DNA of 64,000 nucleotides, from the NCBI GenBank assembly GCA_964634105.1, contig CAZWIU010000009.1, positions 263-64,262 on the forward strand. The letters run 5' to 3'. The position numbers and the translations under genes are program-made. Source of the DNA: an uncultured Bacteroidales bacterium. GTDB taxonomy: Bacteria; Bacteroidota; Bacteroidia; Bacteroidales; UBA10428. The first letter of the stretch is position 1. Each line of letters begins with the position of its first letter. Positions 56,985 to 64,000 of the stretch are shown here, one piece after another. The notes under the pieces are model-generated. The model saw only the letters and a list, made by a program, of their open reading frames with translations. It had not been told where the DNA came from and made no database searches.

Positions 56985-57686
56985 TTATTTCACGGGTTCA
57001 TTCAACAGGTCCATAAACTCCATAGTGGAAGCTTCGAGTATGTTTACCACTTTATTGATCCTGGCAGTCAGATAATTATATGCCAGGTAGGCAACTATAC
57101 CAACAATAAGCCCGGCAACTGTAGTGATCATAGCCTGATAAATACCGGTCGAAAGTAGTTTGATATCAATATTGTTTCCGGCATTGGACATATCGTAAAA
57201 TGCCCGAACCATACCCATCACAGTTCCTAAAAAACCGATCATGGGCGCTGCTCCGGCCGATGTAGCCAGTAAAGAAAGGCTCTTTTCAAGCGATGCTACC
57301 TCAAGATTACCCACATTTTCGATGGCTGTATTAACATCCTGTAATGGTCTGCCAAGGCGGTTGATTCCCTTTTCGATCATCCTGGAGACCGGTTTATTTG
57401 TGCTCTGACATAACTTAACAGCCGAGTCCAGCTTTCCTTCATGGATATAGTCTCTGATGCGGTCCATGAAATTCGGATCGAATTTCTCTGCCTGTTTTAT
57501 TGCATATAGTCGTTCGAAAAAAATATACACGGCGAGTAATGAGAGCAATAGTATGGGCACCATAATCCACCCGCCTTTCATGGCCAGATCAAAAAATGGC
57601 ATCTTTAGTTCTCCGGCGCTTTGTGCCACAGCTTGTGTGGCAGCCTCATTAACACCTGCCTGCAGGATTATAAGAAGATTCATCAT
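56985..57686 (-). CDS. exbB: MotA/TolQ/ExbB proton-channel protein
   Basis: 233 aa. Motifs APMIGFLGTVMGMVRAF and QAMITTVAGLIVGIVAYLAYN. Confidence 0.9.
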   Translation of the reverse strand: MMNLLIILQAGVNEAATQAVAQSAGELKMPFFDLAMKGGWIMVPILLLSLLAVYIFFERLYAIKQAEKFDPNFMDRIRDYIHEGKLDSAVKLCQSTNKPVSRMIEKGINRLGRPLQDVNTAIENVGNLEVASLEKSLSLLATSAGAAPMIGFLGTVMGMVRAFYDMSNAGNNIDIKLLSTGIYQAMITTVAGLIVGIVAYLAYNYLTARINKVVNILEASTMEFMDLLNEPVK

Positions 57687-57762
57687 AGTAGTTTATCTGT
57701 TTCTCTAAAATTATAAAAACGAAAGAGGAAGAAATTTATTTCTGATGTGTTTTTTTAAACAT

Positions 57763-60700
57763 CTAGTTAGTATCCGTATCTGCCTCTTCCGGTATATTCT
57801 TTTTCTTTCTTCCGGTGAGTGCAGCCCAATACTGGCCCAATAGTTCGCCGAATGAATCGAATTCCTCCTTATAGAAAATTCCGAGCCCCTGTGTATAGGG
57901 CGATTCTTCGATGATATCCTCATCGTTAGAGCGGTTAAACGCCCTGACCCGTACCTTCCCTTTTTTATTTATTTTATAATCGATGTCGAAATCCCCTGCA
58001 AACTTATCTGAGTTTTGCGCTGCTGCATTTGTTTGGTAATCGATACTGCCATTAATACTTAAACGATCGTTCAGCAGCTGTGTTGAAAGTGCTACTTCAA
58101 CTTCATCCGATTCTCTTCCTCCCCCTGGCCGGTAAGAAACGTCGACATTAACATCGTTGCTTATCTGTGAAAGCCAGTTGTTCAGCTGATTTGAAAGCAT
58201 TTCGCTCGCATTGCTGTATGCCGCCATTATTCCCTCGTTGGAAGAACCATCTGTCTGGCCCTGGGAAGGAGGAAGGAAACGATTCATCACCAGCAGCGAA
58301 AGGAACTGCTTACTCAACTCTTCTTCGGAGATCTTGCTTTTCACACGGTTCCGCAAATCATCATCCGAATATGGAAGTGTTAAATCCAGTCCAATATCAG
58401 GCGACATCAGCATTCCTGTCAGGTATGTCTTGCAATCGACTGTGACACGATCGGTATATACTTCGCCCAATAAATCACTCAGGGGTGCCCGCACCTGGTA
58501 TTTTGCTGTTATATTAACAGTAGCGTTAAATGGATCGCCGGTCCATCGCATGGTGCTGCCCTGTTCAATGTCGAGGTGTTTGTTGATGAGGTTCTGAAGA
58601 GTGAACAGATAGTCTCCCTTGTCAATTACATATTCACCGAACATTTCAAATGTCCCCAGCGTATTTATGGAGAGTTTCATAGCCCCCGATCCTCGTGCTT
58701 TGATTATATCTCCTATAGTAGGATCGAACACGATCTGAACTTCTGCATCGGGAGTAACATCCAGGTTAAAATCCATCTGCATTCCGGAAAGATTTACAAC
58801 TTGTTCGGTCTCCGATACGTCAGCATTAAATTGGTTACTACTGGTATCGGTGCGGATAAAGGTTATATAATTATATTCCGAGACTTCCAGGTTTTGTGAA
58901 AGCGGAATCATAATCCGTGTATTTTTCCCGGTGGCAGCATCGATATCGAATTTCAATGTGGAAGGGCTACCCTTAATTTTAATAGTACCCGTGGCATAGG
59001 CAGTACCATAAAACATGCTATTGTCTGTTTCTTTGGTATTTAAGCATTGGAGATTATTTGTGCTGATATTGATATTGAGCATAATATCTTTCAGGTACTC
59101 GGTTCGTATCATTCCGCTCAGGATAGCATTATTTACTTCCTGGTCAAAGATCTGAATATCGTCAAGGACAACATTATTATTAATAATTTCAACATCGGAA
59201 GTAAAATTGTACCGGGTCTTTAAATAATCGACCGTGAAGGAATTCTTCTGGAGTTTTAGTTTTCCCGACAATGACGGTCTGCTTGCAATGCCTGTCAGGT
59301 ACATATGGCCGGATATAAGTCCGCGGATATCGGAGAATATGCCTTTCACAAATGGATTAAGGATGTCCGAATTAAGCTTGTCGAGCGTAATTTCGAAATC
59401 CATTTTACCGTTTTTCGTTGGGTAATAATCGCCTTCAACCTGGAGTGTTTTGAGTTTGCCGCGTTTCGATTCGGCAACTATATTAAGCGATTGGTTTTCG
59501 TTATCCCAGAGGGAATTAATGATACAATTACCAAATTCCTGTTTGTTAAACGAGAGCCCGTCGATATTAAGGGAAGAGAAGAATAAAGGTTGTTTTTTTA
59601 ATCCTGTCATGTTGCCTGTACCATTCAATAATCCGGTTAATTCGATATTAGCCGACCGGGTAAGCAGGTTTACGTTGGCAAGGTCGAAGTTATTAAATGA
59701 AAAATGCATACTATCGCCCGGGATATCGGATAATTTACCATTTGCGCTGATATACTGATTGCCGTGAAACAGGATCAGATGTTGGACAGCAATTCCGCTG
59801 CTGTCGTATTGCAAGGCAAAAGACTTTAAATTCCACACCGAATCGCTTATGGTGAGAGAGAAAGGATCAAATTCAACATGAAACGAATTATGGGGCCATT
59901 TGCCTGAGATAGCAGATTCTCCTGAAAAAGATCCTTTGTACAATGCTGAATCCCAATTGATCCAGCGCGTTTTGAATCGGGTTTTATTTGAAGTGGTCCT
60001 TGCTTCTAACGTAAAATTGTCGAGGCTGGCGCTCTCACTCAGGTAAAACTTCCGGCTGCCAATGGAAGCAAGCAGGACCGAATCGGTCGAGTTGATATCG
60101 AGAATTAACCCTTCAAGGTGGTTTGATTTGACTTTCACTTCGGGAGCAATGCATGTAAGATTCATGAAGTTATCTCTTCCCGGATAGAAATTGCAGTGCA
60201 ATACGGAATTCTCACTTACAAAGTAATCAGGAACAAAAAAATCAAAGAAAGGTTGGGTTCGTTTAAACCTCACATCGATATCCATTTCGGCCGAATATCC
60301 GGTAAAATTAGCATCTTCAACCGTTGCAAGAGCCGGGATATAACTATATAAAAAATGGAGTAATTCATTCCTTAAAACACTTAATTTATATTTCCCGGTA
60401 ATATCAGCATCAAGAAGTTCGGAACGTACTTTAAGCTGGTTTGTATAATCGTTGTTAACAGCAAAAACATTAAAATCGAATACCTGTATTTGTTTATTGG
60501 TTTTGGTAAACAATGAATTCAGCAAGTGAAATTCACCGTTAAGCTTATCGAAGTTCTCTCCTTCAGCTTTGGCTTTCATGAAGAAGGAAGCATGATATTC
60601 CGGATCGTTTTTGGTAAGGTTAAGCGCATACAGGTTTGCATCGATAACATTGGCGATGAAATCGTAACGATTAGCTTCTGCAGCCATATCAACCAAACCA

Positions 60701-62241
60701 TTAAATTCCAATTTCAGATTCGGGTCATCAACCGAAACATCGCCGTTGAATTTTCTATCTGAGAAGGAGCCATTTATTTTTATATTCCTGTAAGGATAAT
60801 CTTTCAGTGTAAACTTACTTATGTTCCCTTGAATGGTTGCCAGCAAAGGTTCTTTATCAGAATAGGAACCGGTTATTGAAGCATCCAGGCTTATATCCTT
60901 AACCAGATGCTCGTTTCCCAGCAGTCTCCCGATATTCAGTTCCTGTGTACTCAGTTTTCCGGAGAAAGAGATCTTACTGTTCGGATCGGGAGTTATCATG
61001 ATGTCGGTATTCAGGATACCTAAATTTGTGGTCAGTTTTCCATACGATACAAAATCGTTAAAAAAGCCTGTAAAGTTTCCCTGATAATGGATATTTTCTA
61101 TATTCTGAAGACTGGCAGGTAAGTTGAGTTTTTTATTTCCAGGCAGGTTGAATGAATTAATATCGGCAGTGTTGCTGATCAGTTCTTTCAAATTGAAAAC
61201 AAGAAATGTGCTCGGAACATCAGGTAAGTCGCGGATATCAAAACTACCTTCCAGATGTGAGCGTTCCCCCCATACCATCCGGAAATCTCTTCCCTTCAGA
61301 TTTGACAACGGCCCCGTAAAATTACCCGAGAAATTAACGGGTTGAAAATTATGCATGAAAAAATCAGTAAAATAACCCAGATCGGCCAGGTTTAACATGC
61401 TTTCATTGATCCTGAAATCATAGCGGACTTTTGTATATAGTTCAGGCACTGAAAAGTCACTGTATTTATCAAAGAACAAGGAAAGCTGTTCAGCCTCCAG
61501 AGAAGAATAACGTGTATTGATTTCCACACCGGAAAAATTCATATGCGATTTGCATAACTCAAGGTGGGCATACATGTCTTTCACCTGGAATCCGCTATGT
61601 TCAACAAATGATAACGGTGTAATGTCGAGGTTTATAGTGTCGCCATAGATGGTAAGACCGGAAATCTTCAGGTTCAGATGATTGAGCCGCATATTGCCAA
61701 AGTCGATGCCCGATGAATCGGGTTCGCTGGTTTCGTTTCGTAATACAAAACGGCTGTCGGTAATAGTGATTTTCTGTATCTTTTGACGAACCGGTCCCTT
61801 AGAGCTGGATTTTCCTGATGTTAAATAATCGATAATAAACTGAAAATTAATGGTGGAGGATGAATCAATTACAAAGTTGATGGTAGATTTTTCGAGTTGT
61901 AATTTCTTCAGAAGTATTTTGTCAGCCGATTCATTAAAAATGATGCTCATGATTACAGGTGTAACAGCGATTGCCTTTTTTGAATAAAGGAGGGTATCGC
62001 CCCGCTGATCAGCAATGAACAGATCATCAAATGTAATCCGGTTAAGACTGACAATGCTGACATCGGAATAACTGAGCTCAGTGCCTAAATGCTGCGAGAG
62101 CCAGGCAAGTATTCTGGAAACCGAATAATCCTGTACGGCAGGCAAACGTATTACTCCCCACAGAATTCCCGGCAGGATAATTAAGACCAACAACACATAG
62201 GAAGTCGTTGCAGTTATTTTTTTAATAATTTTGCGAACCAT
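57763..62241 (-). CDS. tamB: Translocation/assembly module protein TamB (AsmA-like, DUF490 C-terminus)
   Basis: 1492 aa. N-terminal anchor, then a long beta-rich repetitive body. The C-terminal region (LSINGSIDYQTN...DIDYKINKKGKVRVRAFNRSN...GLGIFYKEEF) is typical of the TamB C-terminal domain in Bacteroidota. Confidence 0.8.
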   Translation of the reverse strand: MVRKIIKKITATTSYVLLVLIILPGILWGVIRLPAVQDYSVSRILAWLSQHLGTELSYSDVSIVSLNRITFDDLFIADQRGDTLLYSKKAIAVTPVIMSIIFNESADKILLKKLQLEKSTINFVIDSSSTINFQFIIDYLTSGKSSSKGPVRQKIQKITITDSRFVLRNETSEPDSSGIDFGNMRLNHLNLKISGLTIYGDTINLDITPLSFVEHSGFQVKDMYAHLELCKSHMNFSGVEINTRYSSLEAEQLSLFFDKYSDFSVPELYTKVRYDFRINESMLNLADLGYFTDFFMHNFQPVNFSGNFTGPLSNLKGRDFRMVWGERSHLEGSFDIRDLPDVPSTFLVFNLKELISNTADINSFNLPGNKKLNLPASLQNIENIHYQGNFTGFFNDFVSYGKLTTNLGILNTDIMITPDPNSKISFSGKLSTQELNIGRLLGNEHLVKDISLDASITGSYSDKEPLLATIQGNISKFTLKDYPYRNIKINGSFSDRKFNGDVSVDDPNLKLEFNGLVDMAAEANRYDFIANVIDANLYALNLTKNDPEYHASFFMKAKAEGENFDKLNGEFHLLNSLFTKTNKQIQVFDFNVFAVNNDYTNQLKVRSELLDADITGKYKLSVLRNELLHFLYSYIPALATVEDANFTGYSAEMDIDVRFKRTQPFFDFFVPDYFVSENSVLHCNFYPGRDNFMNLTCIAPEVKVKSNHLEGLILDINSTDSVLLASIGSRKFYLSESASLDNFTLEARTTSNKTRFKTRWINWDSALYKGSFSGESAISGKWPHNSFHVEFDPFSLTISDSVWNLKSFALQYDSSGIAVQHLILFHGNQYISANGKLSDIPGDSMHFSFNNFDLANVNLLTRSANIELTGLLNGTGNMTGLKKQPLFFSSLNIDGLSFNKQEFGNCIINSLWDNENQSLNIVAESKRGKLKTLQVEGDYYPTKNGKMDFEITLDKLNSDILNPFVKGIFSDIRGLISGHMYLTGIASRPSLSGKLKLQKNSFTVDYLKTRYNFTSDVEIINNNVVLDDIQIFDQEVNNAILSGMIRTEYLKDIMLNINISTNNLQCLNTKETDNSMFYGTAYATGTIKIKGSPSTLKFDIDAATGKNTRIMIPLSQNLEVSEYNYITFIRTDTSSNQFNADVSETEQVVNLSGMQMDFNLDVTPDAEVQIVFDPTIGDIIKARGSGAMKLSINTLGTFEMFGEYVIDKGDYLFTLQNLINKHLDIEQGSTMRWTGDPFNATVNITAKYQVRAPLSDLLGEVYTDRVTVDCKTYLTGMLMSPDIGLDLTLPYSDDDLRNRVKSKISEEELSKQFLSLLVMNRFLPPSQGQTDGSSNEGIMAAYSNASEMLSNQLNNWLSQISNDVNVDVSYRPGGGRESDEVEVALSTQLLNDRLSINGSIDYQTNAAAQNSDKFAGDFDIDYKINKKGKVRVRAFNRSNDEDIIEESPYTQGLGIFYKEEFDSFGELLGQYWAALTGRKKKNIPEEADTDTN

Positions 62242-62287
62242 ACAAGTAGTACAAAATTACTACTAATATATAGATAACTGAGACCTG

Positions 62288-63307
62288 ATGGATATTATTA
62301 TACTGGGAATTGAATCGTCGTGCGATGATACCTCTGCCGCAATCATACGCAATGGTTATGTTTGCGCGAACCGTATAGCCAATCAGGATGTTCATAAAGA
62401 GTTTGGCGGGGTTGTTCCCGAGCTGGCATCAAGAGCTCATCAGCAGAATATTGTTCCCGTGGTGGAGAGCGTCATCCGCAAAGCTGGTATAAACCTCGGT
62501 CAGATCAGTGCCGTTGCGTATACGCGTGGACCCGGTTTAATGGGAGCTTTACTGGTAGGGACATCGTTTGCCAAAGGTTTTGCACTGGCAAGAAATATCC
62601 CAACCATCGATGTAAACCATCTACATGCACATATCCTGTCCGTCTTTTTAAGAGAGGAACATGAGATAAAACCGGTTCCGGCATTTCCATTCCTGTGTTT
62701 ACTCGTTTCGGGAGGTCATTCCCAGATTATGATCATTAAAAGTTTTCTTGAATCTGAGATCATCGGTAAAACGATCGACGATGCTGCCGGCGAAGCTTTT
62801 GATAAATGCGCCAAGGTGATGGGTTTGCCCTATCCGGGCGGTCCGCTCATCGACAAGTATGCTTCCGATGGAAATCCAAATGCATTTAAGTTCAGTAAGC
62901 CACAGGTCGCAGATCTAGATTACAGCTTCAGCGGATTAAAGACCTCTTTCCTTTATTTTCTGAGGGACAGGCTAAAGACCGATCCGGAATTTTTTGAGAA
63001 TAACAAGGCCGATCTGGCAGCCTCACTCCAGTCAACTATCATCGATATTTTAATGGATAAACTGACCCTCGCGGTAAATCGGACAGGCATCAGGGATGTT
63101 GCTATTGCAGGTGGTGTGTCAGCTAATTCAGGACTCCGTAAAAGGCTAAAAGAAGAGGGCCTGGCAAGAGGATGGAATGTATTTATCCCGGAAATTAAAT
63201 ACTCTACCGATAACGCTGCAATGATTGGGCTGACAGGGTATCATAAATTCCTGGCAGGTCAGTTTGCCGATCTGTCCGATACGCCATATGCACGCATACA
63301 TTTATAA
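62288..63307 (+). CDS. tsaD: tRNA N6-adenosine threonylcarbamoyltransferase
   Basis: 339 aa. Motifs ILGIESSCDDTSAAI, GPGLMGALLVG, VSGGHS and GGVSAN. Confidence 0.95.
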   Translation: MDIIILGIESSCDDTSAAIIRNGYVCANRIANQDVHKEFGGVVPELASRAHQQNIVPVVESVIRKAGINLGQISAVAYTRGPGLMGALLVGTSFAKGFALARNIPTIDVNHLHAHILSVFLREEHEIKPVPAFPFLCLLVSGGHSQIMIIKSFLESEIIGKTIDDAAGEAFDKCAKVMGLPYPGGPLIDKYASDGNPNAFKFSKPQVADLDYSFSGLKTSFLYFLRDRLKTDPEFFENNKADLAASLQSTIIDILMDKLTLAVNRTGIRDVAIAGGVSANSGLRKRLKEEGLARGWNVFIPEIKYSTDNAAMIGLTGYHKFLAGQFADLSDTPYARIHL

Positions 63308-63880
63308 GAAGGAGGTTTTCAGAACCTGTTCCGCTTCCCTTACTTTTTCATAGAATGCTTTCATCAACGCCGGATGGGTGTCGCTGATCTCGGCAATTAC
63401 CCGCATAGCCCAACGGATATACTCTTTTTTCTGAAAGTCAGGCCAAAACATCCTGGTATATATGATGTCATGTATGTTGCATGTTTTATCGGATATCTTT
63501 ATACACCTTGCTTCATACGAGAGCGATTTTGCTTTTACTACCTGTTCTTCCTTTCGTTTTGCCGATGAGAGCTTCATATTGTCTGTAAGCTCGAGAACAA
63601 TCCGCAGAACCTTCTCGCCGAATTTTTCCATTATTTCTTTTTCGTTTGCATCAGTATCTTCAAGGGTATCGTGCAACAAGGCTGCAATCAACAGGTCTGT
63701 TGAAGGTGAGTCGAGGGTGGTTAGCAATAACCGGCAGACTTCAATAGGATGATTGATGTATGGAATGCCTGATGCCCCTTTCCTTCTTTGATGTCTGTGC
63801 TTAACAGCAGCATATTCAAGAGCTTCAAAAATTAATCTTTTTTCAGACAGAATATCATTATCAGTAATGCGTTTAACCAT
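63302..63880 (-). CDS. Stand-alone HD-domain protein of the RelA/SpoT hydrolase type (small alarmone hydrolase candidate)
   Basis: 192 aa. Carries HQRRKGASGIPYINHPIEV and ALLHDTLEDTD (HD motif), and lacks any synthetase, TGS or ACT region. Confidence 0.8.
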   Translation of the reverse strand: MVKRITDNDILSEKRLIFEALEYAAVKHRHQRRKGASGIPYINHPIEVCRLLLTTLDSPSTDLLIAALLHDTLEDTDANEKEIMEKFGEKVLRIVLELTDNMKLSSAKRKEEQVVKAKSLSYEARCIKISDKTCNIHDIIYTRMFWPDFQKKEYIRWAMRVIAEISDTHPALMKAFYEKVREAEQVLKTSFL

Positions 63881-64000
63881 TAGGTATATTTCTGATTGTG
63901 TTACAAATTTTTTACGTATATCCTTTTTTTGTTGATTTACGTATAGGAATTTCAGTCTAAATTATTGTATTTTTAAAAAAATTAAGATACAGGCAAATTT

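Overview
This 64-kb window looks like core chromosome from a Bacteroidota organism. The evidence is T9SS type-B C-terminal sorting domains, a PorP/SprF gene, an exbB-exbD-tonB cluster next to tamB, a SurA/OstA-like envelope cluster, and a TAnnTTTG-type promoter motif. GC content appears moderate by eye. About 50 protein-coding genes are supported, and most are housekeeping: purA, guaB, glyA, recG, a recQ-family helicase, mutS2, tsaD, miaB-like, mtaB, a long RelA/SpoT homologue, two phosphofructokinases, a ClC channel and TamB. I found no rRNA, tRNA, CRISPR array, transposase, integrase or recognisable defence gene. The structure that genes do not explain falls into two repeat families. (i) A 176-bp dispersed repeat is present twice at about 97% identity (1..176 and 48767..48942). 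A rearranged relative sits at 51.6-51.9 kb next to a truncated DUF559-like remnant. (ii) GC-rich nested palindromic REP-like elements occur at 16.44-16.75 kb and 39.93-39.98 kb. The gene arrangements most worth follow-up are these: a tightly packed RecQ helicase / DUF5063-like / DEDDy 3'-5' exonuclease / PUA-SAM methyltransferase operon; tandem divergent phosphofructokinases that both carry the PPi-type signature; a translationally coupled MiaB-like/MtaB pair; a T9SS cargo/PorP pair; and an exbB-exbD-tonB operon extended by an unknown polytopic membrane protein. I see no unambiguous evidence for a wholly new system. All family assignments rest on motif recognition by eye and need HMM or BLAST confirmation.
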